This document shows positions 25,086 through 36,559 of a DNA stretch of 64,000 nucleotides, in pieces. The DNA is taken from positions 6,076,001 through 6,140,000 of the forward strand of contig NC_043007.1 of NCBI RefSeq assembly GCF_006345805.1, read 5' to 3'. Both the position numbers and the translations under genes were made by a program. The notes under the pieces were generated by a model, which was not told where the DNA came from, made no database searches, and was given only the letters and a program-made list of their open reading frames with translations. Source of the DNA: Octopus sinensis. Its lineage: Eukaryota. Numbering within the stretch: position 1 is the first letter of the stretch; each line of letters opens with the position of its first letter.

Positions 25086-25210
25086 GTTTGTGTAATGCCA
25101 CATATTTATTGTATACATACATATATATAAATATATAAATATATATATATATTATATATATATATATATATATATGTATATACTTATATATTTGTGTGTG
25201 TGTGTGTAAT
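24935..25210. repeat. (TA)n-rich microsatellite
   Basis: Directly visible. Confidence 0.95.
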
Positions 25211-25358
25211 GTCACATATTTATTGTATTTATATACATTGTATATTGTATATGTTATATATATCTAAAAATAAATATATGGTGTCATATACAAATGTATT
25301 TAGTTTTGCTGTAGCAATAGGATCCTCCACCAGGGCCAATTTAGTAACTTCAGGTGTA

Positions 25359-25870
25359 CAGAGTGATTGGAAAGTAACTTCCAGTATAAAAATATTTATA
25401 AATTATTCATTAATTACAAAAAAATGGATGTGAAAGACAATCTTTTAGCATAAGGTTTTATTTAAAATTAGATGCGGGTTCCCGATGTTGCCACCCACTT
25501 CTTGAGTCGCCCAGGAATTGTATCAACCGATTTCAGTAGAAACTCCTGTGGGATGGAAGAAGACAACTTCTCATATTCGCCCTTCAAGTTCTTCGAAAGT
25601 CTTTGGTTTGGTACATAAGATTTGTTCCTTTAACGAACCCCAGAGAAAGAAGTCACAGAGTGTTAAGTTGAGACTTCTGGCTGGCCACTCACACGGACAT
25701 CAATGGCCCATCCATCTCCTGGGAAACTGGGCATTCAGTCACAAGAGCAATACAATTAAAGAATAAATTCTAATACTTGAAAAAGCAAACAAAAAATTTG
25801 AGAAAAAAATGACAATTAATAAATGAATTATAAGTATTTTAAAATAGGGAGTCAGTTTTCACTCACCCGG
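25359..25870 (-). mobile_element. Internally deleted Tc1/mariner-superfamily element with both TIRs and TA target duplication
   Basis: TA|CAGAGTGATTGGAAAGTAACTTCC ... GGGAGTCAGTTTTCACTCACCCGG|TA (imperfect TIRs). Minus translation EWPARSLNLTLCDFFLWGSLKEQI. Confidence 0.8.
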
Positions 25871-26052
25871 TAGATAAATCTAAATGGTTTTATTGTTACA
25901 TAAGCAGATTTGAGAAACTGACAAACCTCTCCGTGTAATCCTGATCCAAAGTTGCGAAAAAAGGCCAACACAAGGACAAATTTCATGTTGAGAGAAACTA
26001 AATACATGCAGATATGATTTCAGATTTTATGTCAATGCTGAATTTTGTATTA

Positions 26053-26416
26053 TCTCTATATATATAAACGGCAAAATGTCTGTGTGTGTGTCCTTTATAC
26101 TAATCCACAATTTTTCAGTTAGAGGGCTCGCACTTTCTATGGTCATTCAAAACCGTCCAAGGGTTGTCGTGCACATCTTTACATTTCCCCAGTCACCCTG
26201 CAAAGCCATTAAAAAATCAATAGAAGTGAGTTTTTTGTGAATTTTCTATCCAAAACCCAATCAAAATGCCCGAAACTTGATACGCCAATTGAATGCCAGC
26301 TAGCTGTATGTGATTGGTCAGAGATTTGGACGGTACTCGCGTGTATGTGCACACGCATGCAGCTGTATGTGCATGCACTAGCACTATGACCTGGCAACAC
26401 CGGGTCATAGTGCTAG
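26053..26416 (+). mobile_element. Non-autonomous Helitron
   Basis: A|TCTCTATATATATAAA start, 3' hairpin gacctggcaacaccgggtc, and CTAG|T end. No target duplication. Confidence 0.75.
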
Positions 26417-28288
26417 TTTGGTATGAAACGGGAAAGCTTACTGCTTAAAATTGATGGACTATCCACTGAGACAATGGAAGTTCAAATTATCAAATGTTGC
26501 AGATATTTTTGGAAACACAACTGAGCAAAATGTATTCCTTCATGAGGCATGACTTCCTTCATTCCATTTCATTGTCATTGTTTGTGAGTGACATCTTCCC
26601 TCACCTCATCTCAGTGTTTCAGTCTTGTCTTTCATCTCAGTGTTTCAGTCTTGTCTTTTGTGAGTCGTCACCTCATAGCCATCCTTCAGAAGCCACGCCT
26701 TCCTTCATTTCATCTCATGGTTATCCTTCTTGTGTTCCTTCAACTACAGTTCATAATTATCTTTCATGAGTCATGTCTTTCTTCACCTCTCCTCACTCAA
26801 TGGCTATCCCTTATGAGACGGCACATTTGGCATTATTCCATATTCCTGATGTTTGTGCTAAAAATCTTGTTGCTTCAGAAATTATCCGAAGAATGATATC
26901 TCAAAATGTTAAACCCATTTTGATTCCAGTTCTTTAATACAAGACATACGGCTCTAATTTGACTTCTGTCATAGGGCACCATTCTTCTGAAGAAATGTGC
27001 AGTCAATTAAATCGACCTAAAATATTCAACTGGTATTTTATATTAACTGTTCCCAACCTGTGGCCCGTGGAGCTCTTTGGATTATCAAATGTATTACTGG
27101 GAAACTAAGTTGAAAATTTGCATTGTGAGCTGCAGAATTACTCAATATAAAGCCTGTTAAAAATTGATATAATTTGCAAAATATCAAAGCAGTTTCTAGA
27201 TGTGTCAGGATATTCTAACTTTTAGATGCACTTTTAAACAAAATTGATGATTGAGGTTCTCTAAGATTTAACCTGAAATTTGGAACTTGTATCAGCAAGA
27301 CTTTGACCACTCTCAAAAAACAAACAAACGTGTTTTGGGGTTAATACTGTTATTTATTTAAGCTGCATATTCAGTTACATAAATGTTTCAGCTGAGAAAT
27401 TAAACTGAGGAAAAATGTTAATTAATCCTTGTGGAACTTAATTTGAATGAAAGGATTAGGAATTTCTGCTTTTTTTTCCATCCACTTAGAATGGATTAAA
27501 GGCAAGGTGATCTCGGAAGGATTCGGAATCAGAAAGTGATTCCTTGAAACTGAATGTCAAAATCCGTTTTGTATAGCATTACTTTAACAAAATAGACAAA
27601 GTTTCAAAATGTTTTTTCAACTCCAGTGAACAAGAATCGTTGTTTGACTGATTTGAGAAGTAAACGGGATCCTTTTAACACACACATACAGGCACGCGCG
27701 CGTACACACATATTTGTATACATACATATAAAATATATCTGTATCTCTCCGTCTGTATATATATGCGCGCACACACACACACACATACATATATATATAT
27801 ACATACTAGATAAGGAAAATCTGATGAATAGATTGCATGTTATCACTTAGGTCCAGGAGGATAAAGTCAACGCCCATCTCACCAAGAAAATGACGAGTAA
27901 CTGTCAACGTTATCTCTAAACGATTAACTTATACTTATAAATAATATCAGATAAAGAATGACTTGTCTGTTTGGGATTTGATTCACTGCTCATACGAATG
28001 ATTTATGGCCGTCTTTCTCTGGTTCCCTGATTTGCCAACAAAAACAATTTAAACACAACACAATCAATGGCATCGGTTCTGCTCTGCGAATGGTAATGCC
28101 TCTCACTGGTTTTCTATATAAATCATATTCTCGCTGTCACTTCTAATAAGATGCTGATCCTCTTCACTCACAGTCGTTATCCGTACGTAAACTAAAATTT
28201 GAAAGCAGACATACGATGGCATCCGTAAGCATGGAACTTGTTAAGATCATCCAATGAAGATAGGAAAATTTACTCTTCTCTTCAATTG

Positions 28289-28360
<72 letters not shown>

Positions 28361-28369
28361 ATTATACTG

Positions 28370-29100
28370 TCGAACGCACCCGTATATTGGACGGTTTAAG
28401 TTGCTTTGGTGGTATTTTTTTCGCCAAATACTTGAACTACCGAGAAGCTTTATGAGTAGTGTGTTTCCGATTAACCTTGGAACAGAAAGTGAAATTGAAG
28501 GCTGGTTATTGTGGAGGAGGTCATTGCACTTTAATGATCATAGGACATATGTTTGCAAACAATGCAAAGTAGAGTTACTGAAGTGTTCTGGGAGTAGATT
28601 ATGGATAACGACTACAATGAAAGCGAAATTTCTTGTCAGAAACTGTCACATAAATGGTGAAAGGAAATTGAAGGAAGACGTTGAAACTTCCCTTCTACGA
28701 GTTTATTCTATTCAACAGCAAAGGGAGCTATTTTTTTCGTAGAGATAAGCTAACAAAAGCCCCTAACAGCGAGTGCTGCATAAAGTTAAATTGTTATGAA
28801 GCTTTCTGAAAGCTATGTGGAAGTGAAACTTTTATTTAAAGGTTGATTCTTTGGGACGAATCATATGTGATTGTTTACAAAAGGTTGAGTGAAAGGGGAA
28901 ATTTTGCTGAGAAAAATTCAGAAACGAAAATGGTATCGTTTTGATTTAGCAGAATAGAGATACGTTGAATTGATTATTCGCTCCAGTTAAACGTGCCGTA
29001 TGGAAATAGCTCCAACCTAACATCAAACATGAATGTGTACTTTTACTTTGTTGTGCTCCTTCTATCACACCATACAGAACGGGAAGCTCTGGACGCCATT
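28370..29100 (+). mobile_element. Possible pogo/Tigger transposase remnant
   Basis: KLKEDVETSLL...TKA resembles the CENP-B-like HTH. Heavily decayed. Confidence 0.35.
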
Positions 29101-29217
29101 TGAAAAGAATCTGATAAAAAAAATAAAGTGAAAACCGCTCCTGATATTTGTGTTGAACTGTTGTGTTATTGTATGGTGATTATCTAGAGTTTTCTGGGAA
29201 TAAAACTTCAAGCCACT

Positions 29218-29524
29218 ACAGTTCTATATTTAAGAGATGAGGAATTATGTACCCCATTTACATTAATTACCTTATTTACATTTGACGGATATATGTCCTG
29301 ATCTTGTTTGTTGTTAACACAACGTTTCGGTTGATATACCCTCCAGCCTTTATCAGGTGTCTTGGGGAAATATCAAACGTGGGTTCTCATTCCTAAGGTA
29401 TTTTTCGATGTTGTTGTTGTTGTTATTATTATTGTTATTATTATTATTATTCAGGTCACTACCTGGAATCGAACTCGGAATTTTGGGGTTAGTAGCCTGC
29501 ACTCTTAACTATTACGCCATATGC
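29218..29524 (-). mobile_element. Short element: tRNA-derived head + (AAT)n + hammerhead motif + PLE-related tail (copy A)
   Basis: Minus-strand head GCATATGGCGTAATAGTTAAG...GAGTTCGATTCC (A and B boxes). Hammerhead at 29361-29316 has core CUGAUAA (G8A). Tail shared with 35069-35163 and 45659-45742. Confidence 0.8.
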
Positions 29525-29532
29525 TCGTAGGC

Positions 29533-29690
29533 ATAATAATAATAATAATATCGAAAAATACCTTAGGAATGAGAATCCTGGTTCGAAATTTCCCCCAAGA
29601 CACCTGATGAAGGCTGGAGGGTATATCAGCTGAAACATTGTGTTAACAACAAACAAATGAGGTGAAATATCCGTCAAATGTAAATAATGT
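29533..29690 (+). mobile_element. Inverted partial copy (B) of the same element
   Basis: Reverse complement of 29260-29450. Hammerhead at 29599-29644. Confidence 0.85.
29599..29644 (+). ncRNA. Minimal type I hammerhead motif (stem III G>A)
   Basis: GACAC-CUGAUGA-A-GGCUG...CAGCU-GAAAC-AUU-GUGUU. Confidence 0.65.
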
Positions 29691-31525
29691 TCGAGCCAGT
29701 ATATAGATATTCAATAAAAGTTCTATACACATTAAATATCTCACTGTGTGTGTGTGTTAATAACAATAGTATCAACATAATGTGGTTGTATTCGGAATTC
29801 ATTGACAATATGTTTATTTGACTTGTATTTATAAATTATGTTGTGAAAAATATGCATGATGGTTAAACCGAAAGTTTTGCGAAAGCTTGCAATGGAAATC
29901 GAATCGACCGGTTTCATATTCCATAAAAATCTTTCCACGTTTCTCTTACTTTTCTGTTCATAACCACACTGTATTCGTATTGACCGGCCCAACTTCAACT
30001 CTCGTTTCAAAATTCACTTATCATTGAAGACGGTTTCGCGTTTTCTGGCCAATGAAGAAAGCACTATGCAGAATTTGGCAGTGGATCTACAACAATGATG
30101 TGGATATTATGAGCGTGTGTGAAAGAGATTGTCTGAACGTGTCTTCGAAGTGGAGACCACTTGAGAAGAGATGACGTAGTTAATGAGCCACGTAAACAAA
30201 AGGCCAGGCAGCTCGGCGGGGTCGATATGTAACGGGACAAAATAATGAATCTAGTTTGAAAACAAGAGTTGACATCAGGAAGAGCATCTGGCCCAAGAAA
30301 TTTCGAGAATCCCATAGAAAAAATACGGATATAAAACGATTGATGACAATTAGGATAAACGACCTGTGCAATGTTATGTAACTTTTTCACATTTAAAATA
30401 AGAATTCTCTATAAATACTAAAGAAAGAAAAAAAGGCTGGGGTGGGTGGAAAACAGGCAAATATTAATGGTTCTTAGTTTATCTTTTATCAGAAATATGA
30501 ATAGAAGAAAAAATAGTAATCACAGAGAGATTTGAAATCGATATAGCAAAGTTTCCAAAGAATAGTGAAAGCGCCAAGATGAGCTTTTAAACCAAATTGT
30601 TTTCCCCAACGGCCTGTATAAACCGTGAACAAACAATACGTAAGTGTTACACTAAGATTTCTTGTAAGCAGAGAAAACAAAGTTTGCAAAGATATTCAGC
30701 CATTAATTCCAACACATAGAAACAAACAAACCAAAAAAAAAAGCGTATTAGAATTTATTTATTGATTCCCGTCAGCTTTTATCACTAAATATTTACATTC
30801 ACTACACTAATGTTTTGGCGCCGTAAACATACCGAATGCATCGTAAAATTTCAAGATCGTTTCGATTAAGTGTTTAATGTTTGGACATTTACGATGAACG
30901 CAGCAGTCAAAAAGTCGAAATAAATTCGAATTTAGTACTTTCTGATTTTCTTTATTATAATTATCGTTGTTTTGTGATTTATCATTCTTAAGACTTAAAT
31001 GGATTAACATATGACTTGTTTTTAGGAGAAACAGAGAACATATTATACAATGTCTTTGTATTTCAACAACAGAAATTTAATGACGTCTCACAGCGGTCAT
31101 AGGAAGGTTTGAATAGAATTAACGGATCTCAACGCCAGTCAGATGTTGGGGGTGAAATATACTGACCTACAAGGCCTTCGGTGAAGGAGAGGTGTTCAAT
31201 ATATATTTTTCAGTTAGGAGACACTAAGTCAAATATCGCAAAGAAGGTAGTATAATCTCAGATATATATATGAAAAAAACACCTTTTATCAATTCGAAAT
31301 GAACAACTAAATTACACCATCAAGAAAATTACATATAATAGAAATATTAAAAATAAAATAATAATATACCAATGATTAACTAAATTGCAAAATAATAATA
31401 AAAACGTATATATTTGGTAGAATAACGACACGTGTTTCGTGGCTATATTTAAGAAATAATTATAGTAAAAAAAATTAATTGTAGTAGTAAAATCACTTCA
31501 ATATAAATGTATGTATGTGTATATA

Positions 31526-31589
<64 letters not shown>

Positions 31590-31820
31590 CATACATACAT
31601 ATTTAAATCTATATCTATGTGTGTGTGTACATGCATGTATTCATATATGCGTACGTACATCACACACACACATATATTCACACAAGCACACATAGATATA
31701 CTTGTAACGGAAATGTGCAATGAGAAATAGTTCTGGTTGAGAAAGGGGAGATAATATCAAGAATATATATATTGATCTATCTAACTTGCTTATCCCTACA
31801 TTTACTCCTCTATCCGCTGA

Positions 31821-31870
<50 letters not shown>

Positions 31871-31975
31871 CCCTAACTCTCCATTGAGCTCTAGGTTTGA
31901 AATTTTCAACGGCTGCAAACGTATGTATAAATATATTTTGAAGAATTTTAAAATTCTGCCTATACCTGATTAACT

Positions 31976-32208
31976 AGGGCGGCGAGCAGGCAGAAACGTT
32001 AGCGCGCCTGGCGAAATGCTTAGCGGTATTTCGTCTGCCGCTACGTTCTGAGTTCAAATTCCGCCGAGGTCGACTTTGCCTTTCATCCTTTCGGGGTCGA
32101 TAAATAAAGTACCAATTTCGCACTGGGGTCGATGTAATCGACTTTATCCCTTTGTCTGTCCTTGTTTGTCCCCTCTATGTTTAGCCCCTTGTGGGCAGTA
32201 AAGAAATA
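31976..32208 (+). mobile_element. Full-length tRNA-derived SINE with 15-bp target site duplication (TSD)
   Basis: TSD tatacctgattaact at 31961-31975 and 32209-32223. B box gagttcaaattcc. Central gcctttcatcctttcggggtcgataaa resembles the Deu/Nin-type conserved domain (recalled, not aligned). Confidence 0.92.
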
Positions 32209-33589
32209 TATACCTGATTAACTCGTTGATATCTTTCCAGCCTTGTCATTTAAGGCCCAAGGAGGATAGCTCTTTTACCTTTCTGTCCTTTTTACATTTT
32301 AGTTTTTACTTTTCGCTTTTCTTCTCTAATTCAATTTTTTAGTACGTTATAATATGTGGCTTCAGTCTGATGAATACGCTTGAGATACTTTTCAACATAT
32401 GAAACTATTAGTTGCACTTAAACACATGTATTGCGTCCTTTAAATAAATAATATTGATCTCTCACCAGATGGAGGGCTGTGTCAATACTAAGATGCTGGT
32501 ACTCATTTCATTTGACCAGATTGGAGCAACGCGATGGAGCAATTTGCTCAATGATACAACAAACCGTTCGCTCTTGATTTCAGTTCTCTAAATACAAGGC
32601 TGCGTGATTCAATCAAATCCAAGTATTTGACCCATTAAATAAATTACAGAAATCTCTGAAAAAAGTCGATGTTCTGCAGAGTCAAGACAAAGTATTTTCC
32701 TTGATATTGAGTCATACCAGACGAAGTTTTGTTTTTGTTTTATCAACCGACGCAGCCATGATCAATATTTTTGTCACTGACGCTGCAATAATTAACTTTC
32801 ATTGGCCTAAATAAAAAGCCTCTTATTACACATCAAACGAAGAATCAGAATAGAAATATCCGATTTCATTTCTTATGAACTCGCCCCGACTTTCGAACTT
32901 CACTGCATAACTCTAATGATACTGAACAACTCTATTAGTTTTCTTTTTTTATCTTCGAAACATTGACCTATCGAAAGGTAGAGTTTAGTTTTGTAATTAA
33001 ACTGAATGATTCATTAATTTATTGTGAATGTCGTAAGCAGGCAATCATGAGCTTCAGTAATCGAATGGTTAATCTATTGAGATATGGGCCACGTTGACTT
33101 GAAACATATCGTATTATTTTTGTATGCAGTTAATTAATTTGCTAGAAACGGCAAATGAATCTGCCTTAAAGTTTACCCCCACAGTCTTAAAAATGAAAAG
33201 ACAATGAATCCAAGCTGCGTCTGAACAAAATTACTGAACAATTGTCGCTGGAACCGGTTTGGTCTGGTTGGTAAGGGGGTGATCTCGGGTAACACAAAAG
33301 CAAAACCCGTTTGATTTACAAGCCAATAATGGGCCTTTCATGTAGTTGCTATGAAACCGAATATACTGCAAAATTACACATTATTGTTACTGTCTTGAGG
33401 AAAAAAAATGTCATGTTGCACTAAATAGTGTAATAAAGGCAAGATGGTCGAATCTGGAATGCAGTTGGTCGGCGTCGTAGTTATGACAATAATTCTTTCT
33501 AAAATAGGCACAAGGCCTGAAATTTGGGGGGCAGAGGACAAATCACTTACAGCGAACCCTGAAAAGATGAAAGGCAAAGTCGGCCTCGG

Positions 33590-33604
33590 TGGAATCATCA
33601 TCAC

Positions 33605-33645
<41 letters not shown>

Positions 33646-33653
33646 CCATCACC

Positions 33654-33685
<32 letters not shown>

Positions 33686-33703
33686 CATCATCATCACCAT
33701 CAC

Positions 33704-33745
<42 letters not shown>

Positions 33746-33762
33746 TATCATCGTCGTCGTCG

Positions 33763-33810
<48 letters not shown>

Positions 33811-33817
33811 CCATCAC

Positions 33818-33859
<42 letters not shown>

Positions 33860-33921
33860 TTATCATCGCCGACGTCGTCGTCGTCGTCATAATCATCAAT
33901 ATATTAATAATGATGATGATG

Positions 33922-33985
<64 letters not shown>

Positions 33986-34020
33986 TAATAATAATAATGA
34001 TGATTTCTTTTATCAATAAT
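33590..34020. repeat. (CAT)n + (AAT)n compound microsatellite
   Basis: Directly visible. Confidence 0.97.
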
Positions 34021-34034
34021 AATGATTTTATCAA

Positions 34035-34545
34035 GTAAAGATATTGCGATACCTCGAGATGCATGCATAAGTGACAAAGAACTAGAAAAGATTGAAAAGT
34101 ACAGGCTACTAAAAGATGAAATTGCAAGAATACATACTATGAGGAGAGTGTCTGTCATTGCAGTAGTCGTAGGGCCACTCGGAGCACTAACAACCAAGTT
34201 CAAGAAATATGTCGAAGAAAGCGGAATTGACATGAAAGCAGAACAAGTCTAAAAAACTGCTCTGTCGGGGGCAGCTAGGATTTTGAGACTCGGTACTTGG
34301 ATGTTGAATGTCTCCCACAATAATTAACAACCAAGTATCAAACTGTATAATGTGCGGAAAGAGACCCTGTGAGACCTGTGACGGCAGGCTGCTGTCTACT
34401 CTCACAGAATTTACCAGAACAAACAAGACCGAGCGTTCTGAGAATTAAGACGATAATAAAGATCACAGAGATTGCCATACCTGGGAATGCACGCGTAGGG
34501 GACAAAGAGCAGGAAAAGATGGAAAAATAGAAATTACTAAGATCT
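34035..34545 (+). mobile_element. R4/Dong-clade RLE-domain fragments (two pieces)
   Basis: DIAIP.DA.ISDKELEKIEKY...VVVGPLG and EIAIPGNARVGDKEQEKMEK. Follows (AAT)n. Confidence 0.75.
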
Positions 34546-34974
34546 CGGACCATCCTCTCCTTTACTCGGATGCACTTGAAGCTAAATACACTTTTTCAAA
34601 GACAGTAGTGTGTGTAATATGAGAAAGATTTTGCTATTTCTAGCAAGTTAAACGACCACAAAATGATTCCTTGATGGCTCAGGAAATTCTTTTGTGACAA
34701 AGAATGCATTCTATGAAGAGATAGTCTTCATGTATCATCCCATAAGTTCTGTCCGAATTTTAAATAAAGAAAACAAGTGATCAAATGTTATATTTAATTG
34801 AAATTTAATCATCAATGTACTTTACCTGATTATGTAGGACTTCCATCTATTTACAAGCTTTTTAATCCCATCAATGTAAAACCTTTTTGGTTTCAAAGGG
34901 AAGAACTCTGAAATGTCAGTTCTTTTCGATGTTATTATTATTAGTTATTATTATTAGTAGTATTATTATTAATA

Positions 34975-35163
34975 ATAACATCGAAAAATACTTTAGGAAT
35001 GAGAACCCAGGATCGAAATTTCCCCAAGACAGCTGATGAAGGCTGGATGGTATATCAGCCGAAACGTTGTGTTAACAACAAACAAGATGAGGACAAATAG
35101 CCATCAAATGTAAATGATGTGAATAATGTACATAATTCCTCATCTCTTAGATATAGAACTGTA
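34975..35163 (+). mobile_element. Copy C of the hammerhead/PLE-tail element (no tRNA head)
   Basis: Aligns with 29533-29690 and with the reverse complement of 29218-29410. Confidence 0.85.
35028..35073 (+). ncRNA. Minimal type I hammerhead motif, intact core
   Basis: GACAG-CUGAUGA(35033-39)-A-GGCUG...CAGCC-GAAA(35061-64)-C-GUU^GUGUU. Stem III is the palindrome AACGUU. The stem I closing pair is mismatched. Confidence 0.75.
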
Positions 35164-35229
35164 TGACTAAGATTCCTTACAATTTCCAACATTTCGATTA
35201 CACTTATATTGTCCCTTTCCTCTCGATTC

Positions 35230-35750
35230 TCTTTCTGTCTAAAGTTGATTTTGTTTTGTTAGAATCTTGCTAGCTTTGGGCATATCTTCATTGAAAGAAA
35301 TGTTATCGTCATTCTTCAGAACCAAATAACATCAACAAGATTACGATATAATAAATACCCTTTATTTTCTTTGATATTGTTTTTGTTCAACGAGTTTTGT
35401 GTCATCGTACAAGATGTTTATGATGGTGCTCCTCGTTGAATCCATCTACTCTTTGATATTTTGCTTTCAAGACTCTATTACATTTTTATGTTTTCTCCAA
35501 TCGAATGTTTTCAAATGTTTCTCAAAAGATTCTTCTTTTTTTCATCAGACATTATTTATTATTTCATTTATTTCGTGTCTTTGACTTAGAATCTCTAAAA
35601 GACCCATATTCACAACGAAAATTTACTGGTTGTTTTCAATATCGGGATTTTCATTCGGGGAGAATCTTTTTATGTTGGTTCTGTTACTTTTGTAGAATAT
35701 AAAGTAATTTTTGTTTTCAATTTCTGAATTATGATTCTAATGTCTTCCAG
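35230..35750 (-). mobile_element. Possible Naiad-type PLE RT remnant
   Basis: Frameshifted similarity to 'AFITLKDHK.NF.NNP.CRLINP' and downstream motifs. Confidence 0.35.
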
Positions 35751-35917
35751 CCGTTTTCTTCTCTCTTTTTTCTTCACTGATTATATTTTATCAAAACTAG
35801 TTAAACTTTCACCATATTGCTTTTCGTGGAGCTATTGATAATAGTAATAATAATAATGATAATCCTCCTCCTCCCCCTCCCCCTCCTCCTCCTCCTCTTC
35901 CTCCTCCCCCCTCATTG

Positions 35918-36360
35918 TTAAGGCAGCGAGCACACTGGGCAAATGGTTAGTGGCATTTCGTCTTTCTTTGTGTTCTGAGTTCAAATGCTGTCGAGGTCGA
36001 CTTCGCTTTTCACCCTTTCGAGGTCGATAAAATAAGTACCAGATGAACTCTAGGGTCGATGTAATCGGCTAGCCACCTCCCCAACAAAAAATTTCAGGCC
36101 TTGTACTTATAGAAGAAAGGATTAGAATTATTATTGTTGTTGCTAAGGGGGGCGAGCTGGCAGAATCGTTCGCGTGCCGGACAAAATGGCTAGTGACATT
36201 TCGTCCGTCTTTACGTTCTGAATTCAAATGCCTGCGAGGTCTACTTTGCCTCTCATACTTCCTGGATCAACAAAATAAGTACCAGTTGAGTCCTGGGGTC
36301 GATGTAATCGACTTAGTCCCACCCTGAAACTATTGGCATTGTGCCAAAATTTGAAGCCAT
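35918..36360 (+). mobile_element. Two tandem SINEs of the 31976 family
   Basis: Both carry ctgagttcaaat...gaggtcgact...aagtaccag...gggtcgatgtaatcg. Confidence 0.8.
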
Positions 36361-36559
36361 TATTATTGCAGTTGTTGGACTCCAAAACATGGATCTTTTA
36401 CTGTCGGGTTGTGTGTAATTATTCCTCAGCTACGGACAGGAGCTGAGGGGCACAACACTTTTCTAAGCCCACGAGCCGTTGCAAGCATCTCAACCAGCTT
36501 TGCACTCGCTAATATATAATGTATGTCTAAGATTTAAGATATTGCATCCAGATATCTTT

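Noticed and set aside
27040-27320. hAT-type MITE
   Set aside because: Only one end resembles a hAT TIR (gttcccaacc), with no matching second TIR or 8-bp TSD.
35505-35555. Minus-strand CUGAUGA...GAAA hammerhead
   Set aside because: No NUH site closes stem III. Lone CTGATGA matches near 27821, 44508, 51928 and 52340 were rejected for lacking GAAA or the stems.
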